The position numbers and the translations under genes were made by a program. Below are positions 52,701 through 64,000 of a stretch of 64,000 nt of DNA, piece after piece. How positions within the stretch are numbered: position 1 is the first letter of the stretch; every line of letters starts with the position of its first letter. The notes beneath the pieces were generated by a model that was given only the letters and a program-made list of their open reading frames with translations, was not told where the DNA came from and did no database searches. The DNA comes from Pocillopora damicornis (lineage: Eukaryota): positions 434,001 to 498,000 of the forward strand of contig NW_020846942.1 in NCBI RefSeq assembly GCF_003704095.1. The letters are read 5' to 3'.

Positions 52701-55402
52701 TCTTGCAAAATTCTTATGAAGTTCAATTTAATTTTTATTTATGGAAATCAAGATTGCATACATGTAAGGTTATAACCTACTTTAAAAGAAGAAAATAATC
52801 CTTCACGTACTATTTCAATCTGTATTGAAAAGTCTCGCCAAGGAGCCATGCAGAGAGATGTGAAGCAAAACGTTCTTTGTCACAGTGGGGATTTTTGATA
52901 CTCACTGTCACTGGAGTGTGAGGCATTGCTTCCTTTGTGGCTTGAGAGTCATCGTCCATGTCATCAGGAGGAGAATGGAGGTTAATGAAGGACAGACCAT
53001 AACGTTCATTCTAAAGAATGGTGAAAAAAAAGCTATTACAACATATTGCATTTTGGAATTTTTATTGATTTTGGAATTTTTTACAGATGATTTCATTAGT
53101 TTTGCATTTTTTTCTATTTTTGTTACATTTTTTTTTCCTCTGCTGTTAAGTTAAGGTTAGGTTCTATTTCATTGCCAAAACTAACAATGTGTATTACCTT
53201 GTTAAATGGTTGGGTGCAAACCAACTTGACCCTGTCCCACTTCTGAGTTGCTACTGGTTTGGAGAGCTTATCAACACCTGATGAAGGAAGAAGAGTATTT
53301 TAAGTCTAATAATTAATTTCAAATAAAACAAATAGAATAAAAATGAAAAGCGGTAAAATCAGACAAGCTCAAAGCTACATGGGCATGGCAATCATATCCT
53401 AATTTAGTAACTGAGAAAGTAGGGTGACCATAAATCTGTAAATCACAAGAGAGATTTTGTAAGTAACTTCTCCTAACCATATCAAAACAATGTCCTGCAG
53501 ACAGGTGCAGTGGTCTCCCTTATTTTAAGCATGACATGTAAAATAAATGTTTAACTGGGTAGAGCAATGACCAGCTCAACTTTTAAGATTTCCAAGTGGT
53601 TTTAGGTGGTAATGAGAGGTTCTACAAGCTGTTAATTTTACTGGTTGAAAAGGAGAAAACTGCAAGTGATAAGAATAATTAAAATTATCAACTTTAAGAC
53701 AGTCTGTTGATTTAGAACCAAATCATCAATTGTGTCATAAGATGTAATGTAGTATGTTTGACTGTCTTTTTACCAATTTAATGACCCAGGCTGGATGTTG
53801 GGAGAACACGACAAACCTTTGTGAATCACCCGCCCCTGACTGGTGATTTGCAAGCTTTGGTTGTGTTCTCCCGCTATATCAGGTAGGTTATTGCACTAGT
53901 AAATCAACAGAAAAAGTGGTCTATTACTATATGTTTACCGGTGCAATAAATGATACTGAGGTTTTTGACTAAAAAAAAAAAGGGTGAAGTTCCCCTCTGA
54001 GAGAGGGTTACTAGAGAACAGTAGAACAATGAAATATTCTTTGCCAAACCCAAGCTCTGATGCAATCAAACATGATGAATAGATAGCTCATGCTAACCAA
54101 ACATCCTCACTCTATTGGTGCTGGTAAAGGATTTACTTTCAGCTGGGCTCATAAAGGACGATGCAACAAGAAGAACCTAAAAATAGTACATAAAATTCAT
54201 CACATTCAAAACTTGCACCTCTGGATACAGTCATGTAATTCAATAAACTTCATATCTGGTTTAAATCTTGTATGATCTTTTAATAAAATTTTCAAAACAC
54301 TTGGAAATCAATTTTCCATTATAGGTTTTTTGTTGGTTTGTCTCCAATTATCCATGTCCTTTTCCCTAGCAAAGCTTCCTATCATTGGCTGCCTTTTTAT
54401 CCAAACAATTGATAAACTGCAGTCATTTGAAGCATTTAAACCAAATCTAAAACTGTGCACTTGTTTTTGACTGCACAAGATGGAGTACATAGTAATATCC
54501 AATAGAAGATAACAAACAAACAAACAAACAGAATGTAACAGAATAAAACTAGAGCAAAAAAATTATTTCAAAAACTTGGACTTCACCTGAAATTGTTCAT
54601 CAGAGCTCCAAGAAGATCTTCCAACTAACACTTCCACAAGTGCTGAACCATTGTTACCTAGACAGTAATGATTTATTTTGAAGCAACTGAAAGTGATAAA
54701 CCCTCCTCATAACTTCAATACATTGTCTACCAGACAGATGATTAAAATGAACAAACTTGATGACTGGTGGACATATTCTAAACAAACTTAGGTAGAAATG
54801 TTTGGCAGCTAACATGGAAATGAATTAAAGGACCTCTTTTAAGGATATAAACAACACCATCCCGGAAAAAGATTACAAACAAGTTCAAGCCCAGAGTTTA
54901 ACGAGTGCAACAATTATATCATTCCCTACTTCTAGAAGCGACAGGTACCAACCTATGTCGATGGAATGTATTTGCGTTGCTTTCTCAAGCTATAGTGGAA
55001 AAAAAATTCAAGTCTTAAAATCATACAAGAGCATTCAAAGTGTTACTAGTCCATGCGAGCCTGCTAAGTCCTAACACAGAGAGTACAAATAACACCGACA
55101 CTCAATGGGTTTGAAGTTATACAAATATCCTGTTCACAAAATTTACCTCCAAAATAACAGAAGCTTGTTTCTCTCCTGGAGATGCACACCTCCATTTCCT
55201 ATACGTTTCTGATTTAAGTAGGTTTTGTGCTGGTTGTGTCTAGGAATAACAAAGTTGTGAAATCAGGATTTAATTTATGAAGGGGAAGTTGTTGATTCAA
55301 CTTCTAGATGTAGCTGCTTTTCACAAGTAAAGTGAAACATTTCGAACTTACCACATCTTCGCTGCTGAAGGATAACACATGCCTGGGACGAATAAGAGGC
55401 AT
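46743..55402 (-). CDS. XRCC1: DNA repair protein XRCC1, 20 exons, about 673 aa
   Basis: Exons 55402-55352, 55239-55147, 54989-54953, 54657-54587, 54176-54098, 53277-53198, 53010-52906, 52354-51989, 51587-51509, 51227-51181, 51037-50916, 50318-50278, 49883-49811, 49540-49396, 48841-48772, 48555-48393, 47949-47888, 47576-47426, 47297-47222, 46853-46743. N-terminal domain (MPLIRPRHVLSFSSED, IDIGNNGSALVEVLV, FMSPAES, KWDRVKLVCTQPFN), BRCT1 (VVFVMSGFVNPERGNLREKA..CTHLICAFANTPKF), BRCT2 (LPDFF..LIRYITAYNG..FVRPRWI). Confidence 0.96.
48971..49339. mobile_element. MITE with terminal inverted repeats in an XRCC1 intron
   Basis: atttagcatcgcgtttacatgaaacg ... cgtttcacgtaaacgcggtgctaaat. Confidence 0.65.
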
Positions 55403-55709
55403 GCCTCTATCGTTTATTTGACTGACAAATCGTCAAATTTTATAAACGCAGCAAATTTAGACGTGGTTGCTCGTTAAATGCAAAACTCACTCAGGCGTTC
55501 CTTGTTCTGCACGGTTGAGCTCTGGACTCCAGTTTTTTAACGTCATTTTCCCGCCAACTTCCTGTAGGCACACGCGCCGCTGGCTGCTCTACACGCTGCC
55601 ACTACATGTGACTTTTCCGCATGCTCAACCTTCGCCAGAATCTTGCAGAAAAACCCTCTGGTGAACCACATCCCTTCTTGGAAAAATCCTTTTCTTCTAT
55701 TCTACAAAA
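55403..55709. promoter_or_regulatory. Putative bidirectional promoter / 5' UTRs between XRCC1 and the RRM-TatD gene
   Basis: Only 307 bp separate the divergent ATGs. Locally richer in GC and CpG. Contains tttcccgcc (E2F-like) near 55547-55555. Confidence 0.6.
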
Positions 55710-58700
55710 ATGTCAACAAATAGACGATTTTACATAGGTAAGTGGAGGCAACTGTCCGTAAACTGGAACTAAATACATTGGCATAACAGAGCCTGTTCAG
55801 CTTGGAACGAGGTTGTTTGTTGTGACAAGCGTTCACGTGGTTTGTTCTCAGCTCCCACCCGTCTTGCTTTTAAACGAATGGCTTTATTATGTTTGAGAAG
55901 TCGCATTCATGATTTTCGCGCAATTATGTGGCTGCGAAATCTCCTTCGAATTATTTAGCTTTGTTGCCGTGTTTGTCACAGTTTCGAAATTAATTGAGAC
56001 AGATAAGCCTGGAAATCACTCCATGAATTTAAAACAGCTGCAAGCACTCTAAGATGCCACAGAAAGCGTTTTTAACGGCATGAAAAGTCCATAGGTTTAT
56101 TAAAACAACACAGAGAGGATTGCAATCTTGGCCCCTAGCATGTTAATTTATCTTTAGCTCGCAGTGAAACATGAAACTGCATACAACACTCCATATATGT
56201 GCAAACCCCTCTTTACGTGCGCTCATGCACAACACTTCAATACGTGATGTTCACGTTACTTGAAGATTAAGTTGACTTCTTACCTCACAAAAAGGCAATG
56301 GCTTCAGCATTCCACATCACAACATTAATGTTTTCACCCTGAAGTCAGATTTAAAATGGATTTAAAAAACTCACATCCAGTGTTAACACATGCCTACAGG
56401 CTAATTTCTCATTCCATTCCATTTCAAGAATTTGAATTTGAAAATAGCATGCCTTTGAATCAAATCAGCAGACAGGTACACAAAATATTTTCAAAATACC
56501 CTCGGTATTCTATTTGAGCTTTGCATTGCAAGTGTCTGTTGTCTTTTCCTTGTCATTATCCATACTTTGTTTAATTTGTAGGCAATCTCTCTTTGAAAGT
56601 GACTAAAGATGACCTCCGCCGTCACTTTGGTTTAGACAGCACGCCTTACTTGAGATCAAATTCATGGATTGAATTACCTGTGGAACGTCCAGGAATGTCT
56701 CATGGGTTTGGATTCATTAATGTACCAGAGCAACTGGCAAGTAAGTTTTGAGTGTAATAGTGAGAGGTTAAGTCTGTTCACAAGCCAAGTGGTAAAATGG
56801 TACTTAATACAGTACACAGAACTTGAACTGTACCATCACCTTGCTTGCAAACTTGATAAAACTTTGAGGCTTTATTGTATTCCAGGTCACTTACTTCAGC
56901 TGAATGGAACAAAACTTTATGACAGATTCATCAAAGTTGAACCAGCTAATACTCAAATGGGAGGTCGCAGGAGCAAAGTCTCTATTCCTTCAATGTTTCC
57001 ATCTTCATATGTAATGCCAATTCCACAACTGGCTAACTATCCCTATGGAATGAACCAGTATAGTCATAACATGAAGGGTCGACGGAACAGGCAATTTCTT
57101 CAAGGGCCAAATGAAATAGTGACTGTTCCAGAAGATAGAATTTTACAGCTTATTGATGTTGGTGTCAATCTGCCAAACAAGGCGTAAGTCAAACTAACTA
57201 ACTTTGTTATATGGCCAGGCAGTCCTGAGGTAAATCGCAAGTGTTCAGTTTTCAGACCAAAGATGAACTTTTTCGAATCATTTGACATTCTCTGCCAGAA
57301 AAAAATTAAAACACAGAAAATCACTTAGTAACAAAATAATAACTTCTTTGTTGAAGTAGTTTTCATTCTATTTTTTAAGGATTTAAAGTTTTATGTAAGC
57401 TATGTTTTAAAATCAACTTGACTGTTATTTTGCATTTTCACTGCAGATTTTCAAGAGATATACGAAATGTCATAGAACAAGCAGATTTAGTGGGAATAAA
57501 AAAAATGATTTTAACAGGGAACACTTTACAGATGAGTCAGTCAGCTGTTCTTCATGCTAAGGCACATCCTCATGTCTTATATGCATCTGTCGGTGTACAC
57601 CCTCATTTCACAACAAAAGAATGGAATGAAAAAACAGCCAGGGAGATTGAAGAATTGGCAAAAGACCCGGTAGTCGTTGCTATTGGTGAGGTTGGTTTGG
57701 ACTTCCACAGAAATTATTCAGATGAAAAGGCACAAGTTGAAGCATTTACAAAACAGGTAAGCCCTTGGGTATTTAGTTCATTGAAATTGTGGACAAAACC
57801 AGCAATAACGATTTCTTTTTGATAACACAACAGGTTGAAATTGCTTGTGAGGTTCAGAAACCTCTCTTAGCGCATGAGCGGGCATCGCACCAGAAGTTTA
57901 TTGAGGTGTTGAGTCACTTCAGTGGCAGGTTGCCTTCAATTGTGATTCACTGTTTCACTGGTAGTGTCTCTGAAATGAGTGCCTATGTTGCCATGGGATT
58001 TTACATTGGAATTTGTGGCTTTATTTGCAAAGGTTAGTTGAACTGAGTTTCTTTTGAGGGCACTGACTAGTTTATCCAAAAGTCTATACCTGAGCTGAAT
58101 AGCCCACAAGGGAGCTTATCTTAGTCTCCATGAAATGAAGCAACCAGCAGTTTTGTTACTCCCTTTGGGCGAAGGCTTTTTCAAGCATCTATTTACATTA
58201 TTGCATAGAGAGAGGTGCTGTGAGAGTGATGTGTCTTACCCGAGAACTCAGCAAAATGACCTGGCTCAGTTAAGAACCCAAACCCTTAGACCTGGAGTTA
58301 ACCATTATGCCGCCATGCCTCCTTCCAGTAAATCCTTACTTGTGAGTTAACCCTTGTGAATTTGATTATCTGATACTTCAAATTCCCTCACCTTCTTGAA
58401 AAAAAAGAGAAAAAAGAAAAACTTATATATTTTTGTTTCTTATAGGGTCATTTTCTTCAATACTTTAACTTCTTTTAATTTTTGCAATTTTATGACATCA
58501 TTAGTTGTCTTATCCTGAGAATATAACATTATATACTTGCAATAATCCCCTGGTGATGATTTTCTTTTGCTTTTGGCTAAAAACAGGGGAACAAGTAAAC
58601 AAAGATCTTTAGTTTACCCACCCAAAAAGGAATAACTAAAAACTTTTTCCATGGTTGCAGATAGTCCAGGCAAAGCATTAAGAGATGCTCTTAAAGAAGG

Positions 58701-58989
58701 TGTTTTACCACTTGACAGGATTCTTCTTGAAAGTGATGCTCCTTATATGATCCCCAATGCTCCTGAGAAGGAGTTGGACGATGTATGCAAGTCACTTCTT
58801 AAAAGGTGTCAGCCAGGACGGAATGAGCCTTGTACTCTTCCTATTGTGGCCCACACTGTTGCAAAATGTCTAGGGGTTGATGCTGAAGAGGTAGCACGAG
58901 CATCAACTGAAAATGCAAGGCGGGTTTTTGACCTGAAGTTACCTGTTCCTACCACACAACCTGCACCCACAGCCATTGGGTCTGAATAA
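55710..58989 (+). CDS. RRM-TatD fusion: N-terminal RNA-recognition motif plus a TatD-family (E. coli TatD/TATDN1-like) nuclease, 6 exons, about 440 aa
   Basis: Exons 55710-55737, 56582-56740, 56886-57183, 57447-57756, 57834-58032, 58661-58989, all GT-AG and phase-consistent. RRM: RFYIGNL (RNP2), HGFGFINV (RNP1), LNGTKLYDRFIKVEPA. TatD: IDVGVNL, GVHPH, GEVGLD, LAHER, IHCFTG, LESDAPY, RNEP. Confidence 0.88.
58085..58325 (-). repeat. Probable SINE remnant in the TatD intron
   Basis: Resembles the reverse strand of a tRNA-derived SINE body (gagagaggtgctgtgagagt...tgtcttacccgagaac...aaccattatgccgcc). Recognised from memory only. Confidence 0.4.
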
Positions 58990-59430
58990 ATGCTGCATTG
59001 TACAAAGACGATAAAAACTACTGCACTTAGTCAAAGTATATAACATGTATCTATCTCTTTCAGAATGAACATTATGATACATGTAGTCATGCTTAGGCAG
59101 TTGGTTATTATCTATGCAGGAAGGATTGGTAGTAAAGGCTCTTCCCTTCTTAATTAAAGCAGAATTAAGTCATTATTCATGCTAAACCTACTGCCAGACC
59201 TTCAGAGAAGTTTTCACTGGTGGTACCTGCTTTACAATTCCCCCAACTTAATATTTTTTTTGTCTTAAAAATGCCATTTGTTGTCTAAAAAATCCAATCA
59301 GACATGGAAGTGGAAAGGAAGTTTTTGAAAGATTAGTAATCTGTTACTTTACCAGGTCATTTTTGACAGAGTAAAGTGAAAATGCAAGACGAAGTCAGGA
59401 GTTATGCTGACTGATTATTGTACAATAGAA

Positions 59431-59634
59431 TTAACCCTTTAACTCCTTGATTAAATTTGTAATTCTCCTTACTGTCAACCATACAATTTTTATGTTCAGA
59501 GAATTTAGTATTGGATCAACCAATTATCCATAAAGTTATATTTTTCTTTATTCTCATCACTTATCTGATTGATATTGTAATGATAATTTAAGGAGAAATT
59601 CTGTCTTGGTCACTCATGGGAGTCACAGGGTTAA
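59431..59634. mobile_element. piggyBac-type MITE, complete copy with TTAA TSD
   Basis: ttaa|ccctttaactcc ... ggagtcacaggg|ttaa. Reverse orientation relative to the 14530 and 18029 copies. Confidence 0.8.
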
Positions 59635-61523
59635 TGCAGGGTCTCAATGATTATTGCAACACGTTTTAAATTTATCCTCATTTATAGCCAAGCTAAGGAA
59701 TATTTTGACCCATTAACAGGTTAAGTATAAACAGTTACAATTTTGACAGAGTTAAAAAGTGCAATTGAAGAGTATATTCGAAAGTTAACTGAAAACTATA
59801 GATAACAATGTTTCAAAGATGTTTAATATAATGTTTTGTTTATTTACAAAAATTAAAAAGTTGAAAAGAAAGAAAAAGCACCATCTACAGAATGCAGTTA
59901 ACCATCTTTTCAGTCTTGTAGAGCTAGAATACTTCTTAAGGTGTCAGGATTTTGCTTTTTTCTAAAGACAGTTGTGTTTGCTAATGTACTGTGTATTCCA
60001 TCCAAGCAGATATTTAAGTAGCATCCATACAAAGGGTGTTTTTGTTGAATATGAAAAGAAAGCAACCATTAAACTTTGGTGTCGGTTTTAAATCTTGGCT
60101 TACTTAATCTATTATCTCTATTATTGTCAGTGGCATGTGAATCCAAAGAGGCTGAATTGTTACTCTTGTTACCTCTGGTTACAGCAAAGTAAGTTGCTTT
60201 GTTAAAAAAAAAATGTGAAATAATTATTTTTATCACAGGTATTAAACATTGTTGATATTTATAGTGAGAATTGAATTTTATAGATAAGCAACATGGTGTA
60301 ATTTTTCTCAACAGATTTGTATGCTTGTGAGGGTTTTTGTTTTTTTCTGTGCCTACTGTTAGAGTTGTTTGCTCCATGATTTATCTCCCCTCCTTTTGAA
60401 TATAGTGGAAAACTGAATCTCTTGTTATTGTCAGTGAAGTTTTTTTTAGTTAGGACATTTGGATGAAACTGAAATTTTTAAATTATGTCTGATATTGCAA
60501 AGAGAAGATCCAAAGCATCCCTATATAGAAACATTGAGTGTTCCCTGAAAAATAAAATGCCCCTTTGGAATTTGAAGTGGTGGAAGATTCCATAGTGTGT
60601 CTTTACTCAGGAATGATCTCAATTTCCTTTATAGTAGGTGTTTATTTCATCAAAAATGCAAATTAATTACAGCATACAACAAAAGGGTCTAAACATGGCT
60701 GCTTAAAATTCTAACTTTCTTAAGATGGATTGGACAAAAGATACATCAACAAAGCCTTCTCCATATCCATGTGGTAACCTTTTACATCCTAACATCAGTT
60801 TGCAGATTCTCCATACTGTTCCCATATGTTATCTAGGGTGTTGATGAGGAGACTTTGTTTAACAATCAAAAGCATCTTAAGTTGGTGATTATTTCCTTTA
60901 TTCTGGTGTTAACGATTGATTCAGGGGTGACATTGAAAGGGAAAATAAGATGCAAGTCACTCTTGGGAGTCAAAGTGTGGATAGAATGCTATACAGAAGA
61001 GCAACTTTAAATTAAGTTTTTAAACCATCTTTAGTTTGTCTTTTCAAAAGATAAAACTCATTAGCTAAAAGATGTTTGTGAACTCTTACCTGTTTCCAAT
61101 GTTTGGTCATTTTTTTTTTAATTTGTGTTTGGCATTATAGTGTGAATTTGAATTGGCTTAAATAACTTCTTCAAAACTGTAACAGAAATGTTGTACATGC
61201 CAGTACCAATGCTGGCAGTTAAATGTTGAAAATACATCTCTTATTTTCTTCCATTAAACATAAGAAGTTAACTTTAATTTTCACTTAAGATCAGTAAAAT
61301 TTTTCTTACATATCTCTTGACAAATGCACAATGATTAGGTTTGAAGTTCTCAAAACACCAATGAAAACTTTGAAACACAGGGGTACATCTAGTGGGGAAA
61401 ACGAAAGGTCTAACTTCTCATTAACCTTGATGTTCAGTTCTTAAAGTGAGAATCCGTCAGAGGCAATCATAGAAACGTTGCCTTCTGCTCTAGCCACGTG
61501 GTTTAGTGGTCACCGGTTATTTT

Positions 61524-63474
61524 CTAAAAAGGCTCTTGGGATCGCTGAGGGTTCAAATTCGGTGCTGATGGGTTATAAGCAAAACCCTACAAAACAAATC
61601 AATTAAATTAGTAAAAGACCCTTCACTAACTTAGGCTTTAGATTTAGATAAAACTGTCATCTTTTTGTGTTGTAACCCTTTTATCAGTTGCTCTTGGTAT
61701 CTTGCGGCTTAACATCAATATGCATATTCTCCTTACTGTTCTCTATACATTACCTTTTGTACTGACAGGTAGAATGTGCTTCATAGTTAATAGATCCGTT
61801 AGTTACCGATCATTTCTTTAATTCTCATGACCTAAAATGTTTGATTCAGCATTCATTCTGCAAGATAAATATGCGGCTAGTCACTGCTAGGGGCTAAAAG
61901 GTAAGTATTACCTGAGAGTAAGGTGCAATGTAGTTAGGAGAATCCATAGGTGGATAACCCAAGTACCACTTTGGCTGCTCTGGGATCACCATTCTGTGAA
62001 ACCCCTGGGGATTAATGGTGACGTTAGGTGGGGCACCAGGACTCAAATTCTGCATCCGTGGGGAGCAGTGTAGGTAACCAAAGTAAGGAAGGGGTGGATT
62101 AGACAGGTTTGTGTATTCAGGGAAATGTCTTGACTGCTCTTTTGGTAAGCCAGGAGAACTCCGTTTGGTATCCAAAACTCCTCCCGTGTTTGTTGTTTTC
62201 GGCAGATAGCTTACTGTGGGGGTTGGATCATATCCTGAGAATGATTCAAAAGAAACACCATCTATGTGAACAACCGAAGTCTAACGAGGGTAATGAATCA
62301 GTTGATCACCACGTGTCTACGACTCAGATTCACCCTATTTCTTTTGAAATTCTTCAGTCTGTGTAAAGTCTGAAGTCGATTGCCAGCCGCTTGTCGTAAA
62401 GCTTTCTCTGTGTCTCTTCTTTCTTTTTTTTCCCTTTTTTATTTACCATGTTATAAAATTAACTGCAACTGTTGGCGGTGTTGTTTTTCAGCTTGTTAGC
62501 GACATATCATTCCTAGCAGCCAAAAGTATCGTCAAAATCTCGTTAAAAATTAAAGTGAATTGAAAAAATGTTCGTCATTCTGCTAAGTTTAGTTAGTTTG
62601 TTTCTTTTTTTTACTGTGAACTTGAGAAAAGAGACAAAATACGAATGATTTTTATCTGCATTGGAGAGTTTTTGTCAGTGTCCAGACAGGTCGGCCTCAG
62701 TACGTGCCCACACTGGATAATGATAACGAACGGTCGAAAGTTCATAGAGCACAAAGCAAAGACCATTCATAAATCGTTACTCTTGTTTGCGATGCGAATA
62801 TTTTATTGTTAACATTTGATTTAGATCGCACGTTTTAATGAGTGATTTGGATCGATTAACAATTTGATTTGAGCTGATGACCTGCAATTAATGGACACCT
62901 TTTTTTGAAAGGGAATGGATAAGCAAACGCATTTTTCTCTTCAATTATATTGTCCATGTCGCATCGTGTAAATGCTGTTTTCTTTTCAGCAGGATGTTTA
63001 CACTTAACCTGTACTTTTGCTAGTCAGTACCTTATTTTCAATTTTTTTTGGAGCATGATTTATAAGGAAAGAACTCCAAAGTAACTTAACTCATTACCAA
63101 CACATATCAACTGTAAATAACGAACCATTTCCTTGTGAGAGCGAAGTGAGGTGGGCATCCGCTTTGGCAGGTTCAATAAAGGGTTCCTTCATGTTTTTTT
63201 TCTCGGCAACATCTGCCTGTTTAGTTTTCTTTGCAGTTTTTTTCTTCTTGGACGATTTCTCTCTGACTCCCTCTGTTTGACTTTCCGGTTTCATCGAAAC
63301 CAAGCGTCTCTCCAAAATTAAAATACAATGCTTGCAGTTGCACATCTTGTAGGGGCATACATTTCTATGGCCCTTCAAAGGTACGGGGTATATACCGTGG
63401 TTACGACAGCGCGTGCATTTGGGCTTCTGCCTTGAATCCGATCCTTTGTCTGAACAGGAGGATTTGGAGAGCAT
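61524..63474 (-). CDS. Doublesex/mab-3-related (DMRT) transcription factor, divergent, about 244 aa
   Basis: DM domain PKCTRCRNHGIYPVPLKGHRNVCPYKMCNCKHCILILER. Proposed exons 63474-63126 (weak GTTCGT donor), 62234-61912 (Pro/Tyr-rich) and 61586-61524. The exon structure is less certain than the DM domain. Confidence 0.8.
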
Positions 63475-64000
63475 GATATTGGCCACTTACAGTTAGTGCA
63501 GAGAAGAAATATCACACCGACGAATCTTGTAGGAGGAATGAACAGAACCACGAGACAAAGCTTTGAAATAGCACTTTCAAAATTTGATTGACAGTTTGCA
63601 GCGGTTGTTTCGACCTGAAGGTTCCCAGAAGTACTCCAAAATTGGACGAACTTCAGACCTCTGAGGTCAGTGTTAAAGATTCCATCAGCAACATGAAGGC
63701 ACATAATACTTAACGTTCTCTTTTTCTAATTATTTTTAATAAAAATTTTATTCAGTTGATCTCTTTTGGTAAACAACTCCTTATTTGGTGAAAGGAAGCC
63801 CTTTCACTGCTTGTGGTGCAGGGTACAAATTGATGTTTTTCTTAAATTGCTCGTTGTGTAAGTAGATGCGTTCATGAGCTCAACCATTACACAAACACGA
63901 TTCTTTAAAGGGAAAGTTCTATACCTTTTGAACTGACCGAGAAAAGTTTCCGGTGATAGCACCTTACGCCAAAAACGTACTTAGACAGACAAGACTCGTG

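Noticed and set aside
57100-58989. Bacterial contamination or recent HGT, given the E. coli TatD-like sequence
   Set aside because: The gene has five canonical spliceosomal introns, host-like composition and flanking metazoan genes. Ancient origin cannot be judged without a phylogeny.
12968-58989. BRCC3 + XRCC1 + TatD as one DNA-repair cluster
   Set aside because: BRCC3 is more than 27 kb from XRCC1 with unrelated genes in between; only the XRCC1/TatD adjacency is notable.
61492-61570. tRNA-like A box (tggtttagtgg) and B box (ggttcaaattc), antisense to the last DMRT exon
   Set aside because: The T-arm and acceptor stems do not pair and there is no cloverleaf; at most chance or a very old SINE trace.

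Overview
This is AT-rich eukaryotic (metazoan) DNA with GT-AG spliced genes and two assembly gaps (8048-8147, 21172-21504). Gene content and repeat families suggest a cnidarian, most likely a stony coral; that assignment is an inference. Gene models were built by hand from splice sites and reading-frame phase. In order: an AADAC/NCEH1-type esterase (-, running off the left edge), head-to-head with an intronless trypsin-like protein whose catalytic Ser is replaced by Tyr; an intronless orphan membrane protein with about 11 TM segments; BRCC3/BRCC36 (-); a tandem array of three DGAT2/MOGAT acyltransferases plus an exon-1 pseudogene; a C6orf163-like coiled-coil gene; an intronless Shaker/Kv1 subunit with an altered S6 gate; RHBDD1 (-); a 20-exon XRCC1 (-); a gene fusing an N-terminal RRM to an intact TatD nuclease; and a divergent DMRT gene (-). 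The most interesting item is the RRM-TatD fusion, which the ORF track misses because it is split over three exons. Its ATG lies 307 bp from the XRCC1 ATG in divergent orientation. Introns carry TTAA/piggyBac-type MITEs, a MULE-like MITE, a long-TIR foldback element, and palindromic retroposon remnants with TSDs whose consensus rebuilds a hammerhead-ribozyme core.
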